In this document: piece by piece, positions 28,954 to 41,290 of the stretch | Layout of the letters: each line of letters opens with the position of its first letter | Numbering within the stretch: position 1 is the stretch's first letter | Source of the DNA: Octopus vulgaris | Taxonomy: Eukaryota | Length of the DNA stretch: 64,000 nucleotides | Assembly (NCBI GenBank): GCA_951406725.2 | Contig: OX597823.1 | Coordinates: 79,422,001 to 79,486,000 of the forward strand | Direction: 5' to 3' | The notes under the pieces: generated by a model | Database searches by the model: none | Told to the model about the DNA's origin: nothing | Seen by the model: the letters and a program-made list of their open reading frames with translations, nothing else | Translations under genes and position numbers: made by a program

Positions 28954-29339
28954 TGGAGGCGCAATGGCCCAATCGTTAGGGCAGCGGACTCGCGGTCGTA
29001 GGATCACGGTTTCGATTCCCAGACCGGGCGTTGTGAGTGTTTATTGAGCGAAAACACCTAAAGCTCCACGAGGCTCCGGCAGGGGATGGTTGTGATCCCT
29101 GCTGTACTCTTTCACCACAACTTTCTCTCACTCTTACTTCCTGTTTCTGTTGTACCTGTATTTAAAAGGGCCGACCTTGTCACTCTCTGTGTCACGCTGA
29201 ATATCCCCGAGAACTACGTTAAGGGTACACGTGTCTGTGGAGTGCTCAGCCACTTATACGTTAATTTCACGAGCAGGCTGTTCCGTTGATCGGATCAACT
29301 GGAACTCTCGTCGTCGTAACCGACGGAGTGCTTCCAACC
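28954..29339 (+). mobile_element. SINE family C, full length, with TSD
   Basis: TSD agtattgcgatag at 28941-28953 and 29340-29352. Confidence 0.92.
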
Positions 29340-29689
29340 AGTATTGCGATAGAATAGAAAGCAATTCCAATTTTTGGATACTTATCATTATTTGAATAAT
29401 CAAATTGTTTACAAAATTCATTTGTAACATTCGATCCATTTTGTTTCTTTAATTCTTGATTATTCGAACGCGTTACATCTCAAAGAGTTTCTGCTGTGTT
29501 GCTGTAATGAATCTGATCCTGTTGGGGGAATCCAAAATATAAAACTGGTTCCTAGGAGCAAACCGTAGTTTCGGTACCCATTCGTATAATGCTATTAGTA
29601 GAACTGCATATATATATATTATGGAGACGGCTTAGAAAACGAAAATACGCGAGAAGCTAATACAAACATGTTTGTTACCCAGCTCAACC

Positions 29690-29895
29690 ACCAACGCATC
29701 CTCCATCACCACTACGAACACCACTACCACAACATCATGCCCATCACCATCACTAGCATCATCACATTCACCACCATCACTGTCACCACAATCACCACCA
29801 TCACCATCACCGCCATCACTCCTATCACCACCATCGCCACCATGACCATCATCACCATCACCACCATTAACATCGCTATCACTACCATCACCAAA
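29690..29895. repeat. (CAC/CAT)n low-complexity tract
   Basis: Read directly. Confidence 0.9.
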
Positions 29896-30052
29896 AGTAC
29901 CCATTCTGGGGGTCGATAAAATAAGTACCAGCTGAACACTGGGGTCGATTTAGTTGACTTAGCTCTTTCCTCGGAGCTGCTAGCCTTGTGCCAAAATCAG
30001 AAACCAATATCAGAAATCCATGTGTCGGGAAAGATATTAAAACTAGATTAAC

Positions 30053-31055
30053 TCTTTCTTTTACTTGTTTCAGTCATTTGACTGCGGACATGCTGGAGTA
30101 CCACCTTTCATCGAAGAAATCGACCCCTTGACTTATTCTTTGTAAGCCTAGTACTTATTCTATCGGTCTCTCTGCAGAACTGGTAATTTACAGAGGCGTA
30201 AACACACCAACATCGGTTGTCAAGCGATGTTGGGGAGACAAAGACAGACACACAAATACACACACACACTATCTTCCGGGACAACCTGTACTACCATGTC
30301 CAGGCTCTGCCCTTGCCAATTTCTGTAGGGTGATCTGGTGGCCTGCAGGACCACTACATTTTCCTCCACGCCCAGCAGTATGGCAACCACTATCCAGGCT
30401 ATATTCACTTCTGTGAGGTATGTCTTCTACCCTAACCCTGGAAGCACATATTCCAAGGTAAACGGGTAGAAGCAACACTTCTTCAGTTTTTAATGATGTA
30501 GTTAAGAACAGTCTGACGGTAGCTATATCACGAAACTGCACCTCCACCGTTCCGTACTTTCTTCCTCTGGCAAGGTATGAAATCCTTTGCCAGACTGGTC
30601 TCAACGCCTTTTTAACTTGTACCTCCGACACCACTTCTATTTTTCTTGTTGCCACCGCGTATGTCTTGTAGAAAATCGTCCTCTCGTTTTTATCTTGTAC
30701 CACTTCTTAGGTGGGGGAAACATTTTTACATCGTTCCTCTTCTTTGAACCTGCTCAATTCTTCCAAACTTACGTCTTCAAATTTTCCGTTTGCCGCTGCA
30801 GCATGATTCTTTGTTTCCATTTCTTTGTCAATTCTTTTCAAACATTTTACCATTTCTTCCTCAGACGACATAAAATGTGGAGAAGAATTCAAATTTTCAC
30901 AACACATTACACGACGCCCTTCCATTAAACAAGAGGCAAAACGTCGCACCACTAAGACAACCAAAAAACACGTGTGTTACACACAAAGACAGTAGTTCAA
31001 CTAACAAACGATATACCGGAAGCAAGTTTCTTACCACGCCGCCACTCTTGCGCCT
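30053..31055 (-). mobile_element. SINE family B (30053-30270 and ~31012-31055) interrupted by a probable LINE 5'/ORF1 fragment (30271-~31000)
   Basis: SINE halves flank a non-repetitive minus-strand reading frame (ISYLARGRKYGTVEVQFRD...LLLPVYLG...RVEDIP). Assignment to an L1/Tx1-like ORF1 is inference. Confidence 0.6.
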
Positions 31056-31169
31056 ATAGTGTTTAATTCTGTATTTCATTTGACAACAGTATAAACTCTG
31101 GTATTTTAAAAATGGTGTAGTTTATATCGTTTTCTTTCCCTAAATATTTGGTAATAAACATTGCATTTC

Positions 31170-31528
31170 AGGTGGCGAACTGGCAGTATCATTAGCATAC
31201 CGGACAAAATGCTTAGCAGCATTTCGTCCGTCTTTACGTTTTGAATTCCGCCGGTGTCCACGTTGCTATATGCACTTCTGGGGGTATATCTTCTATCCTA
31301 ACTATGGAAGCACGTCTCCCAAGGTATACGGGTAGAAGCACCACTTCTTCAGTTTTTAATGATGTAGCTAAGTGCCGTCTGGCGGTAGCTATATCAGGAA
31401 ACTGCACCTCCACCGTTCGGTACTTTCGGAGCCGATAGAATAAGAACCAGTTGAGGACTAGCGACAATGTAACCGACTTAACACCCTCCCCGAAATTGCG
31501 AGCTTTGAGCCAAAATTTAAAATCAATA
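31170..31528 (+). mobile_element. SINE family A whose centre is replaced by a ~175-bp antisense copy of the same ORF1-like sequence (31253-31428)
   Basis: TVEVQFPDIATARRHLATSLKTEEVVLLPVYLG matches 30410-30560. Confidence 0.75.
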
Positions 31529-31872
31529 AGTTAGTATTGTATCGCTCTCTCTCTCTTTCTCTCTCTCTCTCCCTCTCTCTTTCACACACACACACACACA
31601 CACACTCTACATAGATAGCGAACGAGAAAAACAAGATAACGTGATGTCCCTAATTTTCTCTGAAGCAATTAAGAGAAACGAAAGTTACAGCCAATTATTG
31701 AAATTGAATTGTAGACTAAGATCACTGGTAGTATAACTGTTATTCTCGGCTGCTCATACACGCAAGAACTAAAAATAATGAAAAAACAAAAAAACAAAAA
31801 AAAATAACTGTTTCCTTACACTTAAAATGGTGGTGATTAATTTTGGAATGGTTTATCTTGTAACACAATAAT

Positions 31873-32453
31873 TCTTTTCTACTCTAGGCACAAGGTCCAA
31901 AATCTTTGGGGGTGGGGGCCAGTCGATTAGATCAACTCCAGTACGCAACTGGTACTTAATTCATCGACACTGAAAGGATGAAAGGCAAAGTCGACATCGG
32001 CGGAATTTGAACTCAGAACGTAAAGACAGATGAAATATCTATTTCTTACTACCCACAAAGGGCTAAACACAGAGGAGACAAACAAGGACATACAGACGGA
32101 TTAAGTCGATTATATCGACCCCAGTGCGTAACTGGTACTTATTTAATCGACCCCAAAAGGATGAAAGGCAAAGTCGACCTCGGCGAAATTTGAACTCAGA
32201 ACGTAACGGCAGAAGAAATACCTATTTCTTTACTGCCCATAGGTGGTTAAACACAGAGGGGACAAACAATGACAGACAAAGGGATTAAGTCGATTACATC
32301 GACCCCAGTACGTAACTGGTACTTTATTTATTGACCCCGAAAGGATGAAAGGCAAAGTCGACCTCGGCGGAATTTGAACTCAGAACGTAAAGACAAACGA
32401 AATACTGCTAAGCATTTCACCCGGCGTGCTAACGATTCTACCAGCTCACCGCC
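31873..32453 (-). mobile_element. SINE family A trimer flanked by a TSD
   Basis: Junctions at 32039/32040 and 32222/32223. Flanks ttgtaacaca(a/t)taatt at 31858-31873 and 32455-32470. Confidence 0.88.
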
Positions 32454-33323
32454 TTTGTAACACATTAATTGATAAAATAGTATGCAAAATATGTTAATTC
32501 ATACAGCGCATATGTTTGTTCTTTGTGATATGACTGTAGCTAAAAACAGCCCCAAGTGTTAGTTTACCTTCCTCCCATGTGTTCTGTATTGCTCCCACAG
32601 CTTATATTGAACAGCTGTTTCAAATATGTGTTACTTATTTACAACTTGAGCTGACCCGTTTGTTCTAAGATATTTACTTAGAGACATTGCACAGCGATAG
32701 CCTACCTACCTTTCAATTTCCTATTGATCGGCTACAATTCTACAGTTGTTTGTATCTGTGTATAATATTGACTATTTCTTACAGTCATTTTTCAAGTGTT
32801 ATAGACTAGATACAGTTGCATTTTCTGTTACGTTACTCTTAACGTTGGTAACAATAACATGATCCGTAAAATCAATGTTTTACAGTTAGGGGAAGCCTCC
32901 TTGGTCACGCAGAGTCTTGAGAAAAATCTAATGTTATCGATATCTCAAAGAATATAAATCATTGACCAAACAATAGTTTTGCATTGGTTTAGATCAAAAA
33001 CAGTTTTGACCTATCGAGGAAGACAGCATTGAAAACTTATTTTTACAATCGTATTTCATTCTTTATGTGTGTATTTTGAAGTCAGGTTGTATAGTCAAAC
33101 TTCATTTGTGTATTATTTTCTATTCTACACATCTAATTCTTTTCTCTTTTAGACTGTCTCCATATCTCTATACAAATCACTACCCAGCCAGCTTTTTATG
33201 GGCAATTGTACACGACCTGATTAGCTTATGGTTATCAGACGAAAAATGGTAGTATCGGAATACAGATAAATAAATACATCAATATTAAGTACAAGAGAAA
33301 GAAATATAAATCTCTAAGCAAAC

Positions 33324-33368
<45 letters not shown>

Positions 33369-33821
33369 ATTAACGTATCTTCACATGGCCTTCCGAGGTT
33401 CAACGGAAGCAACATAAATCTATACAAAACTCTGCTGATTTCGCTTTGTAAAGAATTCTGTTTTGTATAAAATGTGTTATTCACGCTATTTCAAAATAGA
33501 AATCGAATATATTACATGCTCCGAAAGATGTGTTAGAAGAATTATCTAAAAGGGTCTTCCAGTCTAGAGGAATATCTCTTTTGGCTTTGATATCGACGAA
33601 GTGAATTCCGCTTAACTATTACTGCTTAACTTGCTAATGAGAAGAAGAAAATAGAATTTTCATTTACTTATAAGAAGTTTCGTTATCGTCAACAAAAGTG
33701 ATCAGTTCAGCGTTATGTGGTTTCGGATCTCTTTCTCTTTCTCTTGCACACGCACGCACACACACACACACACACGTACACTCACAGAGACGCACACATA
33801 CACACATGTACACACAGAGAG

Positions 33822-33856
<35 letters not shown>

Positions 33857-34133
33857 GTAATGACCTGAAGCAGAAGTATTGAATTATATATATATAAGAT
33901 ATAGATGCATGCATATATGCTTACCTTCATGCATAAATAAATAAGTATATATGCAAACATGACTTCATACACATACACACACACGTACTCACACACATAC
34001 ATACACATATATACATATGTAAATATGTATGTAGGTTGTGTACGTATGTATATATGTTAATGCGTATGTCTGTATGTATGTCTCTTCCATGTGAGTATGT
34101 CTCTCCCTCTCTTTCCCTTTATATATTTACATA

Positions 34134-34212
<79 letters not shown>

Positions 34213-35000
34213 TAGTGTGTAAATATATGCACCATAATAAATTGCGAGGCGAAATCCTTTTTGATAAAATGAAGGACAAAAGACTAGACACAACGCCTCA
34301 AATTTATTTAATAATATTTCAAAACCCTCACTAAATATATTTTACACAATCCAATTCGAAACTAACATAAGTCAGAAAACAATGCATTTCGTCCGCCCTT
34401 ACGTTCTGTGTCCAAAAGCTGCCGGGATTGACTTTGCCTTTCATCCTTTTAGGGTCGATAAATTATGTAGGATTTAAACACAGTGGCCGATGTAATCAAG
34501 TTATGCTCTCTCACGAAATTGTTCGCCTTGTGACAAATTTTGAAATCAATATTAATGATTTCAACATTTGACGAGCGGCTGCTTATGTCTTTAGCTATCC
34601 TTGCTGCACAGAGGAAGGAGAAAGAAAATCGGTCGTTGTATAGCGTAATACAAATGTTTATTTTCTGAGACGCAAGTAACTTGATCAACTTCCGAAACGT
34701 ACCGGGATTTCTTCAATAAAAATATCTTTGAAGCAGGCATTGAAAGTCTTATTAAACGAAGAGGTTTGTCGGATTTTTACCACCAAAATTGTAGTAGCAG
34801 AGTCGGAATAGCTTCACTGATAAATGGAAACTGATTTGCATGGTCACTTTATTTGCCGCGCACACCGTAATAGGTGCAGGTGCATAAAATATTTTGCTTC
34901 GTATATTTTGCACAATATATTATAATGAAAGCTGCATTACAAATAGAGAGAAGAATAGTGTATGTATGTGTGTGTGAGTAAATAAATTAAAATAGAGATA

Positions 35001-35265
35001 AACGTCAAAAAATTGGGATTTTCATAGAAAAATCGTCAAAAAATTGGGATTTTCATAGAAAAAAAGCACCTTATTGATGTAAATAATTTTTGGTGTTAAC
35101 GTGGTCCGATTTGAATTTTTCTTCTACGGCTGAACGAGCAAGTCTTCTTCTATTATACTATCAATTTTGGTAAACTTGCGCCGCAGGGTCTCGGAGGAAA
35201 TAGTGTTAGTTGAAGGCTACCAAACCTGCCATACACAGACAACTTCAGCTTTATATAGAAAGAGA
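35001..35265 (-). mobile_element. 3'-truncated Helitron subfamily 1 (5' TC end retained)
   Basis: Homologous to ~370-590. Minus strand begins A|TCTCTTTCTATATAAAG. Contains a ~31-bp internal tandem duplication. Confidence 0.7.
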
Positions 35266-35706
35266 TTTGGCAGACGACAACATCCCTGCATTATTCCTGA
35301 ATCTTTACCCGAAAATAGCTGATTAACAACATCATAAATACAAGGTGCAAAATTAAAACTTGTTTTGAATAAAAGATAACTGTTCGTTCTATTAATACAA
35401 ATAATTTTAAAGATTAATGTTGATCCCTTTTGATGCGTATTATTAGAGCACATTACAGGGTGTTGGGCTGTCAGAAATTATAGAATTAAATACCGGCCTA
35501 AAAGTCGTAATTTATTTAGTTTTCCTCATTTACGCCCTGAGTTCGGATCCCACGAGGTTAACGTTAACGGTCCTCCCTCTTTGAATCGATAATATATGAT
35601 CCAATAATAAATATAGTGTTAGTTTTATCGATTATCAAAAGACTAATTATAATAATTTGGCCGGCTGCCAATGTAAAATGAAAATCGATATCTGGTTTGG
35701 AAATAA

Positions 35707-35920
35707 GGCGGCGAAATGACAAAATCGTCAGCACACCGGACAAAATGCTTAGCGGCGTTTTTTCCGTCTTAACTTTCTGAGTTTAAATTCCGCTGTGGTC
35801 GACTTTGTCTTTCATTATTTTCGGGGTCGATAAAGTAAGTACTAGTTGAGCGCTGCGGTCTATGTAATCGACTTTCCTCTCCCCAGAAATTGCTGGCCTT
35901 TTGCAGAAATTTGAAACCTG
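35707..35920 (+). mobile_element. SINE family A
   Basis: Head and central motif present. Confidence 0.8.
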
Positions 35921-36326
35921 TATTTCGTTTAGAAATATACGATTAATCTAATCTGTAAATCGTTGACTTAACAATGAACGAAATACTACGCCATTTTACT
36001 GACTATAGATAACAATTAACTCCAGCTCAGTGCAGATTGGAATGACATTTTGAAACCGGAATGACAGATTGGATAAAGAAATTCTGGATAATAAGAAAAG
36101 TTTGTTATGGTTAGAATTATTTGATCATACATCTGCCTCTTAAGGATAGAGATTCAATGTATTACAGTTAATCTATAAATCTTTGTATCTAGGAAAATGA
36201 GTCGAAATTCCTTTCATATTTCTAGAATCTAATGTAGAGTATCAACCAAATTTCTCAGTTCTAGGTTCTTTAATTTGTTGAGACAAATCTAGTATGTATG
36301 AATTAATTGGCTCTCAGTCTGATAAA

Positions 36327-36865
36327 GTGGAGGTGCGTGGCTTAGTAGTTAGGGTGTCAGCATCATGATTGTAAGATTGTGGTTTCGTATTCCTGGACCG
36401 GGCGACGCGTTGTGTTCTTGAGCAAAACAATTCATTTCACGTTGCGATGGACTGGCGTACCGTCCAGCTGGGGAACACATACGCCATTGAAACCGAGAAA
36501 CCGGGCCCATAAGCCTGGTTAGGCTTTAAAAGGGCGCATCTATTTTTATCAGTCCGATGAAACGAGGAAAGTTCCAGTTGACCCGATCATCGGGTCAGCC
36601 TGTTCGTGAAATTTATTGCAAAGAATGTCTGAACATACCACAAATACGCGTACCCTTAAAATAGTTCTCAGGGAGCTTCGGTCTAATGCAGTATACGACA
36701 AGACTGACCCTTTGAATTACGGATACAATTCATTTTTGCCAGCTGAGTGGACTGCACCAACGTGAAATAAATTGTCTTGTTTAAGGACACAACACGCCAC
36801 CAGGAATCGAACTCACAACCTTATGACTGTGAACTGAATACCCCTAACCACTAGGCCACGCGACA
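36327..36865. mobile_element. Two older tRNA-derived SINEs tail-to-tail (36327-36540 plus, 36550-36865 minus)
   Basis: GTGGAGGTGCGTGGCTTAGTAGTTAG head; domains shared with families C, D and E. Confidence 0.7.
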
Positions 36866-36984
36866 TTACTATGTATTTACCAACACTCATATCGTTAGGA
36901 AAAAACGAACCCTTGGTTTATTTAGAACAATTGATTTCTGGATTAAATTTAAGGTGCATATTGATGATACGCTGGATATCTTTC

Positions 36985-37220
36985 CTTTACTTGTTTAAGT
37001 CATTTGACTGCGGCAGTGCTGGAGCACCACCTTTAGTCGAATAGATCGACCCGAGGACTTATACTTTGTAAGCCTAGTACTTATTCCGTCGGTCTATTTT
37101 GCCGAATCGCTAATTTACGGGGACGTAAACACACCAATATCGGTTGTCAAGCGATGGTGAGTGGACAAACACAGACACACAAATACATGCATATATGCAA
37201 ACATACATATATGCATACAG

Positions 37221-37318
<98 letters not shown>

Positions 37319-37665
37319 CGGAGATGTACTCGCATAGCAAGTAATTTGATCTGAGATCGTGTGCTGAAACGAAAACAATTGCAGCGTGGGAGGTGTTTAT
37401 AAGCCATTTAAGAAACACACAAAAGCCGTTCGATTCACTCCAACATTTAAGTTTAATTTGTCAAAATATTTTCGTCGCTAAAATCCGCGACCTGTTCACT
37501 GACAAAGTCCGTGCTGCATCTCATGCAGCACGGACTTTGTCAGTGAACAGGTCGCGGATTTTAGCGACGAAAATATTTTGACAAATTAAACTTAAATGTT
37601 GGAGTGAATCGAACGGCTTTTGTGTGTTTCTTAAATGGCTTATAAACACCTCCCACGCTGCAATT

Positions 37666-37742
<77 letters not shown>

Positions 37743-37906
37743 CGGGCTTCTTTCAGTTTCCGTCTACCAAATTCACTCACAAGGCTTTGGTCGGCCCGAG
37801 ACTATAATAGAAGACACTTGCTCAAGCAAGGTGCCACGTTGTCGGACTGAACACAGAACCATGTGGTTGGGAAGTAAGCATCTTACCACACAGTCACTCC
37901 TACGCC
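36985..37906 (-). mobile_element. SINE family B whose internal TA tract hosts the 37316-37669 insert
   Basis: The SINE 3' half (36985-37180) and 5' half (37741-37906) are collinear with intact copies. Confidence 0.85.
37373..37669. repeat. Perfect palindrome: 147-bp arms, 3-nt loop (CTC, 37520-37522), each strand carrying a hammerhead-like motif
   Basis: aaacaattgcagcgtggg...gtgctgcat CTC atgcagcac...cccacgctgcaattgttt; no mismatch seen. Confidence 0.95.
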
Positions 37907-38203
37907 TATACATCTATATTAAAACGTTTGAAGAAGTGCGGGACTGTGTCCAGTCTATTTCCATCTCATACCACGTTATTAAGTAAGTCATACTATTTTG
38001 AAGAAATTATAAATGAATATTTAAAATTTTTTAAATATGAAGTTTATTTGTATATTATATATATGCTGCTTAATATTACAAGATTCGCTTCTGTTTTAAA
38101 TGTCAGTTTCCGTTTGAATTCCATATGTAAACAAATAGATTTCTTTTCGTGTTCGTAAAAAATCTACTAAAGCGAAAAAAACCCAACAAAACAAATGATT
38201 AAA

Positions 38204-38600
38204 TCTTTATATATAAAAGTGAAGTTGTGTGTCTGTCTCCTACTATTTAGATTCCTAACTACTCCCACATTTTGCGGTACAGTGTAACCAAAAGCGGGTA
38301 TCTTATAGTCGTGATTCATATCGAGCCCTTCTGGGTATTAGCGCGCGTCTACGATGAGTCTACGATTTTAAAAATAATTTACCATCATTTTTTTCCCTTT
38401 TAATGCATTTTTCTCGCTATTATATACGGGAAGTAACTCTCTAAAAATGTCTAAGATGAGTCAACGATTTTTAAAAAAATTTACCATCATTTTTTTCCAT
38501 TTTTAATGCATTTTTTTGCTAATTTTTTGCTATAACTCTCTAAAAATGCTTTATAGTTATTTCCCTTACAAACCCGAGCAACGCCGGGCGATACTGCTAG
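38204..38600 (+). mobile_element. Non-autonomous Helitron (subfamily 2-like ends), complete
   Basis: A|TCTTTATATATAAAA ... cccgagcaacgccggg cgatactg CTAG|T, with no TSD. Confidence 0.9.
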
Positions 38601-38730
38601 TTATTTTTAAAAGTATTACGTAGTGCAAAAACAATAATCCCTATCTTATAAAATTAAGTTTTCAAATTCCATTAGATTGCGGTCATGCTGAAGTACCACC
38701 TTGAACTTATTTTGTCAATAATATCATCTC

Positions 38731-38871
38731 ACAACACAGTTCTTCGTACATTGTCAGATGTATGCTGCATTATCAAGAGTGTCAAGAAAAGAAAATATAA
38801 AAATATTAACCCAGATAAATGAAAAGGGTTCATTTGCTGACAGTTGTGTCTTCAAAAAAGTTCTACAGTGA
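38731..38871 (+). pseudogene. C-terminal remnant of a Helitron Pif1-like helicase
   Basis: TTQFFVHCQMYAALSRVSRKENIKIL...DSCVFKKVLQ* resembles the Helitron helicase end FSHGQLYVALSRV...NIVYKEVL*. Confidence 0.65.
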
Positions 38872-39385
38872 TGTGAGACATTCATTACTCTCTTTTAACT
38901 GAAATGTATTTAAGCTTCTTTTTATTACTAGGAAAGGGACACTAGAAACAATTAAGGCTATAAGTGAATATAATGAAGCAACAATATAGCAAAACTCAAC
39001 TCTTCGTATTGGTAAATGTAATTCATTAATTCCCACAAAGGAATCTATTTTCAAATTCACTCAAGCGAAGATTCATGAAAATTGTTCCCTTGACAGTCTC
39101 ATCTCTTTCCTAATTTTCGTTATCGTCTTTTTTTAATGTGTCATGGGTTATTTTACTGATTGCAGAATAAACTATAACAGAGGCTTTGTTCAATTGATGA
39201 GCATATTGTCGATTTACTCTATAATTTATGTATCATATCTATATGTTTATATAATATCGATATGCGCAAACACATATGCCAGCAGAAAACCACCTGGAGG
39301 GCGGGTTTTCTGCTAGTAATTTATAATTAAATGTTAAATTAGTTTGAATATTAATATTTCGACAAACGCTCATTCTATGTCTGTG

Positions 39386-39447
<62 letters not shown>

Positions 39448-39463
39448 TACACTCGAGCATATT

Positions 39464-39688
39464 CGAGGGATGCTGAAAAATTCCTGGCTTTGGCTAAAAG
39501 AAAATATATGAGAACCTGTTAACTATATGAGGATCAGTTAGTTATTCAACATATTCCCCTCAGATTCACACACTTATTGCAGCGGTCTTTCGGTTTTTCT
39601 AAGCCATGTAAAAGATTTCGGAAGGTCGGGCCTCCAGCTAGGCCTTTCCAGATACCCGCAAAGCCAGGAAGCTTTCAGCATCTCTCCC
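39464..39688. mobile_element. mariner-derived MITE (~225 bp); second copy at ~47377-47601
   Basis: TIRs cgagggatgctgaaaaattcctggcttt and aaagccaggaagctttcagcatctctc. Confidence 0.75.
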
Positions 39689-39884
39689 ATACCCATACGC
39701 TTATAGGAGTTGGCAAGAATGTGTGGGAAGAAGCTTCCTAACTACATAGTTTCATGTTCAGTTCCACAGCGTGGCACTTTGGGCAAATGTTTTCTACAAT
39801 AACCTCGGGTCGGATAAATCTTCTTGAGTGGATTTGGTTGACAGAAACTGAAAGAATCCTGTCATATATATATATATATATATA

Positions 39885-39921
<37 letters not shown>

Positions 39922-39929
39922 ATATATGT

Positions 39930-40129
39930 GACCACGTATGTATCGTTGGCGATTTTCTTTCTCCGTCTTCCCTTCCTTGGACCTTTCCTTTTTCTATGTT
40001 TCTGACGAAGAGCTCCGCTCGAAACCTTTGAATCCTCTTACTTTCTTTCCTTTCCCGAGCGTCCAATAACACTATACTTGTTCCACGACCCCGCGTTGTT
40101 GTGCTTTTTCTTTGTTCATATTTGGATTA

Positions 40130-40135
<6 letters not shown>
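39930..40135 (+). mobile_element. Short element flanked by microsatellites, with a hammerhead-like motif at ~39998-40032
   Basis: CTGACGA A GAGC tcc GCTC GAA ACCT (helix III damaged). Its end also occurs alone at 22631-22670 between TA tracts. Confidence 0.55.
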
Positions 40136-40165
<30 letters not shown>

Positions 40166-40860
40166 TGAGTACGCGTGTGTGTGTATGCGCATGTGCATGT
40201 GTTTGTGCGTGCGCAGTCGTTTGGTAGACTCGTTATCGTCGAAAAACCGTTGCGATATTTGTTTTGGCACTTGATTTCATATCAGAACGAAGACAACATT
40301 ACATTTATCCTTTCGAGGTAGGCAAAGGAAATAGCAGCCAAGCGCCTCTAGTTTATCTATCATAGTTGTTTCACTGAGTCATGAGTGGAAGGGCTGAAAT
40401 GGTGTCTGTGTCATTTAAAACTATTAATAAAAGTATAGTATTTTCTAATCAGTTGTCTTGATTTTCCATCTGCAAAACGCCATTTGAAATAGCCGTGATA
40501 CAGTTAAAATGATCAGTATCCGAAAGAACTGGTAATGTTGTACTATTTGTTTTTTCTAGAACTCTACACTTTTTGAAATATGTCAAAATGTGGCGTCGGA
40601 CTTCTGATAGGAGACCAGGGGGAGGTGAATAGCTTTTGGAACAGCTATTTTGATACTGTCTAACTCATCTTGAGTCAAAAAGAGCCATCAATACTCCCAA
40701 TGTCAACTGGAATATGAACAAGAGAATGAAAATCAACGAAAACAACAATGGTAAAAGAGAGGAATTCATGGATAGCGACAGTGATACCACCAATATCGCC
40801 ATAAAAGCACCACCACAAAGAACAGCGGCAACAGGTCCCGCCAAAGCAGCAGCAACAGCA

Positions 40861-41290
40861 GCCGTCAAGAATTTGGACCTGGAGATCTCCATTTCCAGTG
40901 ACTTCGAGAGCCACCTCCCAGTGGTGTCGGGCGTCAACGAAGAGACCTCGACTACAACATGACGACCAAAGTTTTGTTTTTTTCCAAGATTTGGAGTCTC
41001 CCACTCCTAAGCCATAGACCATCACCTAATCACCCTTACCCGTCTTGTAGCTTAACAACAACAACAACAGAAACAACAGTGGCCGTCCAAGAATTTGGAC
41101 CTGGAGATCTCCATTTCCAGTGACTTCGAGAGCCACCTCCCAGTGGTGTCGGGCGTCAACGAAGAGCCCTCGACTACAACAAAACGACCAAAGTTTTTTT
41201 TTTCTTTTTCGAAGGTGTGGGGTCTCCCGCCGCTATGCCCTAGACCATCACCTAATCACCCTTACCCGTCTTGATGCTTAACAACAACAA
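40861..41290. repeat. Tandem duplication, period ~221 bp, of a GC-richer sequence with (ACA)n spacers
   Basis: gccgtc...gaatttggacctggagatctcc... occurs at 40861 and 41082. Confidence 0.85.

Noticed and set aside
29632-29939. Gly/Asp-rich and His/Thr-rich ORFs
   Set aside because: Translations of a (CAC/CAT)n low-complexity tract.
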